Shown: positions 18,457 through 26,940 of the stretch, in pieces
Numbering within the stretch: position 1 is the stretch's first letter
Layout: every line of letters begins with the position of its first letter
DNA from: Planctomycetota bacterium
Lineage (GTDB): Bacteria; Planctomycetota; GCA-002687715; CAIWVZ01
Assembly: GCA_044222185.1 (NCBI GenBank)
Contig: JBGANV010000015.1
Coordinates: 1-47,712, forward strand
DNA: 47,712 bases
Direction of reading: 5' to 3'
Translations under genes and position numbers: made by a program
The notes under the pieces: generated by a model
Databases searched by the model: none
What the model saw: the letters and a program-made list of their open reading frames with translations, nothing else
What the model was told of the DNA's origin: nothing

Positions 18457-21400
18457 GTGAAACGAACGAACCTTCCAGCGACGGAGCCGCCTCGCAGCGT
18501 CACCGTCACGCTGTTGACGTCGGCGCTGCTCGCCGTGGCCGCCTTCGGACAGGCGTCGACGACCTGGACCGGCAATGCCGGAACGGCTTGGGATAGCGAT
18601 GCCAATTGGACCAGCGGAAAGCCCACGGCCCTGAAAGCCGCCATCATTCCCGCGGTCTCCGCCAATACGCCGGAGGTCGGGGGCGCCTCGCCTGTGTGCC
18701 GCGCGCTCAGTATCGCCGGTGGCGCGCAGTTGAACGTGCCTCTTGGGCAGGTGCTGGACGTCGGTGGGTCCATCAGTGCGAGCGGAACCGGCGCGGCGAC
18801 TGTCGTGGGTGCGGGCACGTTGCGGATCACGTCGTTCGGCGCCATTGCCGGCTCGGCCACCGCCACTCTGGCGCTGCCGAATCTCGTCATCCAGGCGCCC
18901 GCTTCGGCCTCCGTATCGTTCGGGGGGCAGGTGAGCATCGCTGGGAACCTGACGCTCAATTCGGGGAGGCTCTGCCTCGTCAACAACTCGACCACCCTGA
19001 TTTCCGTGGCAGGGAACGCCAGCTTCCTGGGCGGCACGATGCCGTTCATGAGTCTCGGACAGGCCGGCGTCTTGGATGTGGAAGGGAACGTGACGTTCGC
19101 GGGCTGCGCGGCCACCCCGACTCACGTCATCCGCTGTGCAGGGAACTGGACGGCTGACGACAATGCGGCGCCGAGTACCGTCGAACTCGATGGGTCCGCG
19201 CCAAGCGCGTTGACGGCGACGGGTCCAACCTCGACGCTGAGCTTCACCCTCCTCGAGATCAAGAACGGCGCTCGGGCACCGAGCGTTTCGCTCAAAGTCA
19301 GGTCGAACTCCACCGTGATACGCCAGGGCGGTGAGTTGTCGACAGGCGCTCGCTCACTGGATCTGCAGCCAGTCACCGGCACCTTGAACGTGCTCGTGTA
19401 CGGAACGCTCCGAGTCGTCGCCGGTGGCGACCTCGGACTGGGGCCCAACAACGCCTGTTACGTGCAGATTCTGTCGGGTGGCATGTTGAGCGTTATCGGC
19501 AGTCCGCTCGCGCCCGCGGTCGTCCGCGGAACCTTGGGCGGAGGGTACTCGCTTTCCATCGCAGGCACGATGGAGGCCTCGAACTTCGAATTCCGAGAGA
19601 TGAACTCGGCGGGTGTCGTTCTTCAGGCCGGCATGATCCTCGCTCCAGCCCCGCACGATCTGCGCCACGGGCGCTTCGACTTCCGAGCCGGTGCAACGCC
19701 GGGATCCCGGCTGCTCGACACGCGGCTCGGCTATCCCGTGACGATCTCCTACGTGACGTTCGACAACTCGCAGAGCGTGAGCTCGCCCGTCAACATCCGG
19801 TCGCCGACCGGGGGGAACGTCGACGTGTACGCGTCGGGTGGCGTGTTGGGTGGGCCAGGGGGAGAGCTGTTCGACGACGATCCGGCCAATCGGGTCCATT
19901 GGATTGCGCCCAACCCCACGACGGTTGCCAGCTTCACGGCAACTGGCGGTCCGGCGCTCGTCACGCTCGGCTGGACTTCGAGCGTCGAAACCGACATCGA
20001 GAAGTACGTCCTCCTCAGGGCGTCGGCCAACAATCCGCTCTCGTATTCTCAGGTTGCCGAGGTGGCGCCCACGGGGCCTGGGAACTACGCCTACACGGAC
20101 GTGGGCCTGAGCGTCGGACAGACCTTCCTCTACCGACTCACCGAGCGCCTGACGCATCAGGTTTCCAACCAACTGGGAACTGCCTCGGCACAGACGACCA
20201 GCGGAGCTCCCGTCATCGTCACGCAGCCCGCTGGCGTGACCGCGTGCGTGGGCTCGAGCGTCACGTTGTCCGTCCTGGCGTCGGGGAATCCGCCATTCAG
20301 CTATCAGTGGCGTCGGGGCGCCGTGCCCGTCGGCGTGAACGCACCCACGCACGTCATCACCTCCGTCTCGACGACGGACGGGGGCACGTACTCGGTCGAC
20401 GTCACGAACGCCTTCGGTTCGGCGACCAGCGCATCCGCGACGCTGACCGTGCGCACGAATCCGACGATCACGTCCCATCCCGCAAGCCAATCCGTGTGCG
20501 CGGGCGCGAGCGTCACGCTCGCGGTGGCCGCGACGGGATCGAATCTCCGCTATCAGTGGTTCAAGGATGGTCGGCGGATCCAGTCCGCCACGGCCTCGAC
20601 GTGGCCCATCACCGGAGCCACGTCGAGCGATGCTGGGGCGTACACGTGTCTCGTCGGAAACAACTGCAACATATTGACGGCGGGTCCTGCCACCCTGACT
20701 CTCAACACCCCCCTGGTGGTGACGGCTGGTTCACCGACCGCAATCACCGCATGCCCGGGTTCCCAGATGACGTTTCAGGTGAGCGCGTCCGGTGGGGGCC
20801 CTTACGGCTATGAGTGGTATCGAAACGGGACCATTTCGCTCGGCGTCCACCAGAGCAGCTTGACCATTCCTGCGCCGCCCCTCCCAGGACCTGGCTCGGA
20901 CACCTACCATTGTGTGGTTTCGAATGCCTGCAATTCGGCTTCGAGCCCCGTGTTCCAATACACGGTCAGCGGAGCCCCGCTCTCCATCACGGCGCAGCCA
21001 TCGGCGCAGAGCGGCGCGGTCGGTGCACCCACGGTCTTCTCAGTCACGGCGACGGGGACTCCCGCGCCGACTTATCAGTGGAGGCGTAACGGGATCGCCA
21101 TCCCGGGCTCGACTGGATCCACGCTGTCGATATCGCGCGTCGACTGGGGAGATGCCGGCTTCTACGACGTCGTGGTCAGCAATCCGTGTGGCTCGCTCAC
21201 CAGCAATCCCGCGCAGCTCACGATCGCAGGTACGCCCGTCATCACGGCGCATCCCAAGAGCCAGGTCCTCTGCCTGGGGCAGCCCGTCACACTCGCGGCG
21301 CAGGTGTCGGGGAACGTGAACCTCGTGGAGTGGTTCAAGGATGGCGCGCCCATCCCAAATCCGGCCGGCTTGTTGTCGTTATCGCTCACGATTGCCGCCG

Positions 21401-23037
21401 CGACGGCGGCCGACGCCGGAACCTACCGTGTCGAAGTGACCGGAGGCGGCGCGACCGCGGCAAGCTACGACGCCAAGGTCGTCGCGCCTTCGACGCATGC
21501 GACGGCAACGGCGCCCAGAGACGTCGTCGCCGCCGACCTCAGCAGTCCTCCCGACGGCCGCCTCGACCTCGCCGTCGCGAGCGCGGCGCAGAACGCGGTT
21601 GCGATCCACTGGAGCACGACTCCCATTTCCGGAAGCGATCCGTTCACGACTCCAGCCGTGACGGTCAACCTGCAGCCCGGTGACGAACCCTCGGTGTTGG
21701 TGCATGGCAACTTCGATGCCAGCGGTGGAGTCGATCTGGCCGTCGCATGTCGTGGGTCGAACAGGGTCGTGTTCCTGCCCAACGTCGGGGCGCCCACGTC
21801 CGCGCCGCAGGTTGCGTGGCTGCTTCCGCCCACGGGACTTCCCAGCGGTTTGGCCGCTGGCCGCCTGACCCCGAGCGCGGCGACCGATCTCCTCGTGGCG
21901 ATGGATGGGGGAATCCTGGGGCAAGGCAATCTCGTCTGGTTCCACGCGATGAGCTTTGCACCAGTCGGTTCCTTCCTTGCACCGGTCGGTGGGTTCGGGT
22001 CGATCAGGGCCGTCGCCATCGGCGACCTCGACGGCGACGGCGACATGGATGTTGCCGCATCCATGGCTCCGTCGATCTTCCACGCGCCGGGCACGGGGGG
22101 GATTCTCCTCTACGAGAACTACGGGCTTGCGGGTTCGGGTGGAAACGGCAATGCGCAGGTCAGCTTCAGCGGCCCGCAGTTACTCCCGACCGTTCAGAAT
22201 CCGCGAGGTCTCGTCCTGACGGATCTTGATGGCGACGGCCGCCTCGACATCACCGTCACGTTCGAGTCTTCGGGAATCCTGATTCCTGGCGGCATGCGTG
22301 TGTACCTGCACGACAGCTCGGCCGGGATGGCACCGTCGAATTTCACGGCATCGTCGAATGTGGCGAGCGGCGTCCTGCCCTCCAAGGTCGTGGCCGGAGA
22401 CCTTCGCGACGATTCGGTCTCGGGGTTCCTCGCTCATCAGGACCTGGTGACCGTCAACGCCGGCTCCGGCAACCTGACGCTGCATGAAGACTTCCAAGGC
22501 AGCGGGTTCGTCGCCTCGCGCCTCTGCACTGCGGGGACGAACCCCTCCGGCGTCGCGCTCGGAGACTTCGATGGGAACCACACGACGGATATGGCAATCG
22601 TCAGCACGTCGTCGTCGAGCCTGACGGTCTACGTGATGCCGCCCGATCCGCTCGCCCAGGTGTTCGGGGCGAACTGCCCTGGAGCCACCGGGCTCAACCC
22701 GGTGATCTCGCTTGTGCGGCCGCCGTTCGTCAGTGCCGGGATCGTGGGATTGCGGATCGATGGCGCGCTGGCGTTGAGCACGTCGACGCTCAAGGCGGCG
22801 AACGCACTCCAGGTGACCCAATCCCCCGGCACTTGCCCGTTCTACCTCGGATTGAATCCAGCGACGGTTGCGTCGGTGACGACCGATGGGATCGGGCGGG
22901 CGATCTTTCCGATCAACCCGGCAGCGTTCGGCGGACCCGCGGGCACGGTGCTCTTCCAGATCCTCGATACGGGCGTGCTTTCAGGATCGCAGACCAGCGT
23001 TCAAACGGCCGGGCTGCGCGTGAGATTCGGGCCGTGA
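18457..23037 (+). CDS. Second giant secreted adhesin-like protein, tandem paralog of 12624-18440
   Basis: SD AAGGA then GTG at 18457, 16 bp after the upstream stop. Signal ends AFG|Q, followed by TWTGNAGTAW..NW. One beta-repeat unit, FN3-like module, five Ig domains and FG-GAP motifs (DLDGDGDMDV, DLDGDGRLDI). C-terminus LRVRFGP versus LRLRFGF in the paralog. Confidence 0.92.
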   Translation: MKRTNLPATEPPRSVTVTLLTSALLAVAAFGQASTTWTGNAGTAWDSDANWTSGKPTALKAAIIPAVSANTPEVGGASPVCRALSIAGGAQLNVPLGQVLDVGGSISASGTGAATVVGAGTLRITSFGAIAGSATATLALPNLVIQAPASASVSFGGQVSIAGNLTLNSGRLCLVNNSTTLISVAGNASFLGGTMPFMSLGQAGVLDVEGNVTFAGCAATPTHVIRCAGNWTADDNAAPSTVELDGSAPSALTATGPTSTLSFTLLEIKNGARAPSVSLKVRSNSTVIRQGGELSTGARSLDLQPVTGTLNVLVYGTLRVVAGGDLGLGPNNACYVQILSGGMLSVIGSPLAPAVVRGTLGGGYSLSIAGTMEASNFEFREMNSAGVVLQAGMILAPAPHDLRHGRFDFRAGATPGSRLLDTRLGYPVTISYVTFDNSQSVSSPVNIRSPTGGNVDVYASGGVLGGPGGELFDDDPANRVHWIAPNPTTVASFTATGGPALVTLGWTSSVETDIEKYVLLRASANNPLSYSQVAEVAPTGPGNYAYTDVGLSVGQTFLYRLTERLTHQVSNQLGTASAQTTSGAPVIVTQPAGVTACVGSSVTLSVLASGNPPFSYQWRRGAVPVGVNAPTHVITSVSTTDGGTYSVDVTNAFGSATSASATLTVRTNPTITSHPASQSVCAGASVTLAVAATGSNLRYQWFKDGRRIQSATASTWPITGATSSDAGAYTCLVGNNCNILTAGPATLTLNTPLVVTAGSPTAITACPGSQMTFQVSASGGGPYGYEWYRNGTISLGVHQSSLTIPAPPLPGPGSDTYHCVVSNACNSASSPVFQYTVSGAPLSITAQPSAQSGAVGAPTVFSVTATGTPAPTYQWRRNGIAIPGSTGSTLSISRVDWGDAGFYDVVVSNPCGSLTSNPAQLTIAGTPVITAHPKSQVLCLGQPVTLAAQVSGNVNLVEWFKDGAPIPNPAGLLSLSLTIAAATAADAGTYRVEVTGGGATAASYDAKVVAPSTHATATAPRDVVAADLSSPPDGRLDLAVASAAQNAVAIHWSTTPISGSDPFTTPAVTVNLQPGDEPSVLVHGNFDASGGVDLAVACRGSNRVVFLPNVGAPTSAPQVAWLLPPTGLPSGLAAGRLTPSAATDLLVAMDGGILGQGNLVWFHAMSFAPVGSFLAPVGGFGSIRAVAIGDLDGDGDMDVAASMAPSIFHAPGTGGILLYENYGLAGSGGNGNAQVSFSGPQLLPTVQNPRGLVLTDLDGDGRLDITVTFESSGILIPGGMRVYLHDSSAGMAPSNFTASSNVASGVLPSKVVAGDLRDDSVSGFLAHQDLVTVNAGSGNLTLHEDFQGSGFVASRLCTAGTNPSGVALGDFDGNHTTDMAIVSTSSSSLTVYVMPPDPLAQVFGANCPGATGLNPVISLVRPPFVSAGIVGLRIDGALALSTSTLKAANALQVTQSPGTCPFYLGLNPATVASVTTDGIGRAIFPINPAAFGGPAGTVLFQILDTGVLSGSQTSVQTAGLRVRFGP

Positions 23038-23063
23038 CGTTCACCGGCACGACGGAGAATTCC

Positions 23064-24074
23064 ATGAAGCGCATTGCGTCCCTCGTCCTTCTCGCGATGG
23101 CGAGCTCCAGTCCTCTCGCGGCCCAGGCGGCCTTCGACGTCCAGGGTCCTTTCTGCCTCTACTCATTCCCGATCGGCTGTGCGTCGCTCGGTGATCCGGA
23201 GAACGTCTCGTGCAACGGACTGGCTCTTGCGACGGTCGACACGACCAATGGCGCCGGCATGCCGTGCGTCGGGCCCGGGTTCGCGCGGATCGACGGATTC
23301 AATCCGGGAACGATCAATCCTCCGCAAGGCGGTCCGGCACCAGCGGACGGACTCGTGAACGAGCTCTACATCCCGATTCCGATCGGCGCGTTGTCGGTGT
23401 CTTTCTGCTGGGACTTCTACAACTCGGAAGGCACCGCTTCGCCGGTTTTCAACGATGGCATGGCCGTCGAGGTCGCGGGCCAAGCATGCGGACCGGCAAT
23501 CGCGACGCTTCTCTATGCAGACACGTTCACGCCGTTGGTCGCGACCCAAGATGCCGGAACGACGTGCGCCACCTTCGCACCCCAGGCGGCTCCCGCTGGG
23601 CCGCAGACCACAGGACCGATCGCCCTCGGCCCGAGTGCGCGGTACCTGCGCGTCAAGGTCTGGAACGGCGGCGACAACTCCGCGTCCAGCCACGCCGCGA
23701 TCGATCAGGTGACGTTCGCATTTGCGCCCGTGTGCACACTCAGCGTGTCGGCGCCGCTCGGCCCGGGGTCGATCGCGATCGTCAACTCCGGTTGCACGCC
23801 CGGACACTGGTACCTCACGGCAATCACACTCGCGCCCGGTGTCTTTCCGAATGGTTGGTTCTTCGGCCTCGACATCGGCCTCGCCGAGGTCTTCAATCAG
23901 CTCTCCTTGGGCGTGCCGTTCTCCGGCGCGCTGGATGCCACCGGATCCTCCGTCTTCGCCCTACCCGCCGGCATCCCGTCGAGCCTCTCGATTCAGGCCG
24001 TGACCGCGGTCTTCAGTCCCGGGTTCGGTCAGTTCACGCAGAACAGCCCGCCCGTGGCGTTCATCGCACCGTGA
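23064..24074 (+). CDS. Secreted protein with beta-rich cargo domain and PGxFPNGxxFGLD C-terminal domain
   Basis: SD GGAGA; MKRIASLVLLAMASSSPLAA|Q signal; Cys-containing beta-rich domain (VSFCWDFYNSEG..FNDG). Lies 26 bp after the upstream stop, so probably co-transcribed. Confidence 0.88.
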   Translation: MKRIASLVLLAMASSSPLAAQAAFDVQGPFCLYSFPIGCASLGDPENVSCNGLALATVDTTNGAGMPCVGPGFARIDGFNPGTINPPQGGPAPADGLVNELYIPIPIGALSVSFCWDFYNSEGTASPVFNDGMAVEVAGQACGPAIATLLYADTFTPLVATQDAGTTCATFAPQAAPAGPQTTGPIALGPSARYLRVKVWNGGDNSASSHAAIDQVTFAFAPVCTLSVSAPLGPGSIAIVNSGCTPGHWYLTAITLAPGVFPNGWFFGLDIGLAEVFNQLSLGVPFSGALDATGSSVFALPAGIPSSLSIQAVTAVFSPGFGQFTQNSPPVAFIAP

Positions 24075-24261
24075 CGGTGCGTCGGCCGTCGGCGGGACCG
24101 CCGTGCGGACTGCCGGTGCCCGCAAGGAGGCTGCGCGCGGCCGCGCGCCCGTTCGTTGCCGCTGGCTACCCGCTGCACGATCGCGACATGGATTACCGCT
24201 CGGGTAGAGTTCGGAACGCGTGCTCCGGATACCGCCGACAGAGAGCCGCTTACGTCCGGTC

Positions 24262-24726
24262 ATGCCGCGAGAAGACATCCGAATCATGGAGACGCTCTTT
24301 CGAGAACTGAAGCCCGACATCGAGACCCTCTGCGGGCCCCTCTTCGACTTCGCGCAGAGCCAGATTCGCAAACGAGGGGCGTACCTTCCGTTTGGAGCCA
24401 CGCTCGGCGAAGCCGGGCAAGTCGTTCTTGCCGGTGCGGGTCCGGAGGGTGACCCGGCATCAACGAGTCACGTCCTGACGCTGCTCCATCGGGGCCTGCG
24501 CGAGACCGTCGGTCGCGAGGGCGCCCTCGCAGTCGCCGTGTGCGAGTGGGTTCGGATCACGCCCACGGGCGAACGTGAGACCGACGCGATCAAGGTCCTG
24601 ATCGAGCACAGGCGAGGGCTCGTGGTCGCTCTCGACCTTCCGGCACACAAGACGCTGCTGCGTCGCTGGAAGTTCGGGGAGATCGTCGCGCGTCCTGCGC
24701 AGGCCGAGGTCTGCCCCTGGGGTTAG
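24262..24726 (+). CDS. Hypothetical cytoplasmic protein
   Basis: Protein-like ORF (FDFAQSQIRKRGAYLPFGATL...TDAIKVLIEH). Possible sigma70-like promoter GCGACA-16-TAGAGT upstream at about 24184-24211. Start may be 24286. Confidence 0.75.
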   Translation: MPREDIRIMETLFRELKPDIETLCGPLFDFAQSQIRKRGAYLPFGATLGEAGQVVLAGAGPEGDPASTSHVLTLLHRGLRETVGREGALAVAVCEWVRITPTGERETDAIKVLIEHRRGLVVALDLPAHKTLLRRWKFGEIVARPAQAEVCPWG

Positions 24727-24742
24727 CCCTGCGCCGCGGCAC

Positions 24743-25708
24743 CTACAGCGTCGTGTAGCTGAATGGCGCCGTGACGGCGATCAGGGCGAACGTCACGGGA
24801 TCGGCCTCGACGCTCACGCAATAGGCGACGATGCCCGGTGGCACGCCGGAAATCGAGAACGTCGCGGTGCCGTTGGGGCCGAGCGCACCGAAGAACGGGG
24901 GCCCGAGGGCGAGCTCGTTGAGAACGTCGGGAACCGTCATGTCGAGCCCGAACATCGGGCCATTGGGGAACGCACCGGGCGTGAGGGCGACGAGGTTCGC
25001 GTAGAGGTTTCCGGGACTTCCGCGGAAGTTCGACACGACGACGGGGAAGCCGGCGGCTGCCTGCGTGAGCGACAGCTCATAACCACCGCAGACCTGGAAG
25101 CCGTTGATGGCGCCGGCGCCCGTCACACCGGAGCAGGTGACGACGAGGTCCACGCCCGGCCCGATGACCACGTTGTGCACGGTGTGAGTGATCCCGAGCG
25201 TGAACGTGTTCGTCGCCTGCAACGCACCGCCTGCGACCTGCGGGTTCGGCGTCGTCGATCCCGCGACCGTGACGTTCGTGAGGTCCGTCGCGCTGAGCGG
25301 CGACCATGCGTAGGTGAACACGGTGTAAGAGCCCGGCGCCATGCCGCTGAATCTGTAGGTCACGACCCCTGCGATCGCCGTGTTGTGGGCATCGTCCATG
25401 AGCGCCTGGAAATAGCCGGTCGTCATGGAGTTGTTCCAGCCGAAAGCGCCGCCGAGACCGTCGGTCCGCGTGCATGTGATCGTCGTCGGGTTGTTCGCGA
25501 GATTGACGATCGCGTACGGGCCGAGGTCGATGCCGCTGATGTAGTTCCATCGGCCGGGTTGCTGCGCGGCGGCCCCGTACGTCGGCGCCGGCGTCCCTGC
25601 GCCTGCACCTCCCGCAGTGATACCCCCGATGTCGAGGTTGAATGACTGTGCCTCTGACATGACGACCAACAGGGCGGATGCGATGGCGATCAGAGCTTTG
25701 CGAGTCAT
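24743..25708 (-). CDS. Secreted protein with beta-sandwich cargo domain and PGxFPNGxxFGLD C-terminal domain
   Basis: SD GGAGA; MTRKALIAIASALLVVMSEA|Q signal; cargo FNLDIG..YGAAA..GRWN..GSYTVFTYAW..INGFQV. The C-terminal domain is homologous to that of 23064-24074. Confidence 0.88.
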   Translation of the reverse strand: MTRKALIAIASALLVVMSEAQSFNLDIGGITAGGAGAGTPAPTYGAAAQQPGRWNYISGIDLGPYAIVNLANNPTTITCTRTDGLGGAFGWNNSMTTGYFQALMDDAHNTAIAGVVTYRFSGMAPGSYTVFTYAWSPLSATDLTNVTVAGSTTPNPQVAGGALQATNTFTLGITHTVHNVVIGPGVDLVVTCSGVTGAGAINGFQVCGGYELSLTQAAAGFPVVVSNFRGSPGNLYANLVALTPGAFPNGPMFGLDMTVPDVLNELALGPPFFGALGPNGTATFSISGVPPGIVAYCVSVEADPVTFALIAVTAPFSYTTL

Positions 25709-26274
25709 GGCTGATTCTCCGAATTCACGATGGCTGCCCGTGACTGGCAGGTCGAGGTGCTGATCTGCGTAGACGGAGGCGCTCGGACTGCCCGCGGTCC
25801 GTTGCCATGAGCCCACCCCGCGGCCGAGTCTCCGCCGCGGTGCCCGACATGGCACTCCACCGCTGGGGCTCAGTTGAACTTGCACACAGCGTGGAAGATC
25901 GACCTATCGGCGTCGATGGGGCCCGGAGATGGGCGTCATCGCACGAGGGCGACCCAGGGGCGCTCGATCGAGACGCGAAGCCCGTGAAGGGGCGATCGAT
26001 GCAACCGGCACCGTTCACGACCAGGTCCACCCGGACGCGGGGATCCGGCTCCACCTGGGCGATCCGGTGGATGCCGCGCCACGGCTGATCGAGTCGCTCG
26101 CCGAGGCGCAATCCGCATGCACGTCGTTCGAGCGCGGACCGAACGGCTCGTGCGACGGCTCTTTTCCGACACGCCGATGACGGCGAGACCAGCTCACGCA
26201 ATCGAGGGCTCCAGGCTGGAGGCGCCAATTTGGCACCGTCGCGGCGTAACCAGCACGAGCGTCGGATCGTGAAC

Positions 26275-26280
26275 TACACT
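26275..26280 (+). promoter_or_regulatory. -10 box for a probable leaderless ECF transcript
   Basis: TACACT lies 7 nt upstream of ATG 26288 and there is no SD sequence. Confidence 0.45.
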
Positions 26281-26287
26281 GTGCCGG

Positions 26288-26938
26288 ATGGACTCACCCG
26301 TATTCCCCCTCACCACCACGTCCATTCACGTCCGAAATGCGCTTCGTGGTGACCGAGAAGCGCTCGGATGGGTCGTGGCGCGGTTCCATCCGTTGCTGGT
26401 CCGCAACCTGCAACTGAAGACGCGCGGTGTCAATTTCGGCGACGCCGACGCCCTCGACCTCGCGAACGAGGTGTGGGGAGTCGTGATCCAGAAGTTGGCC
26501 TCGCTCGAGCCGCGGAACGGTCGATACACCTCCGTTCTTCATGCCTATCTGGGCAAGTGCGCAAGTTTCGTTGCCAACAATGCGATTCGGCGACATTGGA
26601 GGAGAGCGCACAAGCACGGCCCTCCCTCCACGTTCGACGACGGCGTCGACGGACTTGCGAGGACGCCCGATCCACAGATCCAAGACGTGTTGGAGCTCGT
26701 CATGCGTGACGACGTACACCGACAACTCGAACGCCTTCTGGCGACGTTGACGGACCTCGAATACGACGTCATCACGCTGCGCATCTGTGACAGGGCTTCC
26801 ATGGCGACGGTCGCGGCCGCGTTGGGCGTCACCCGCGGCGAAGCACATTCCGCGTATCGGCGTGCTTTGCGGCTTCTTCGGGCGCACACGGAGACCGGGC
26901 TGTTTGCCGCGCTTCGTGAAGTGTTCGCGAGAGCCTGA
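26288..26938 (+). CDS. ECF RNA polymerase sigma factor
   Basis: GDREALGWVVARFHPLL; divergent sigma2 DADALDLANEVW; sigma4 LLATLTDLEYDVITLR...MATVAAALGVTRGEAHSAYRRALRLLR. Ends 2 bp before the kinase start. Confidence 0.88.
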   Translation: MDSPVFPLTTTSIHVRNALRGDREALGWVVARFHPLLVRNLQLKTRGVNFGDADALDLANEVWGVVIQKLASLEPRNGRYTSVLHAYLGKCASFVANNAIRRHWRRAHKHGPPSTFDDGVDGLARTPDPQIQDVLELVMRDDVHRQLERLLATLTDLEYDVITLRICDRASMATVAAALGVTRGEAHSAYRRALRLLRAHTETGLFAALREVFARA

Positions 26939-26940
26939 CG

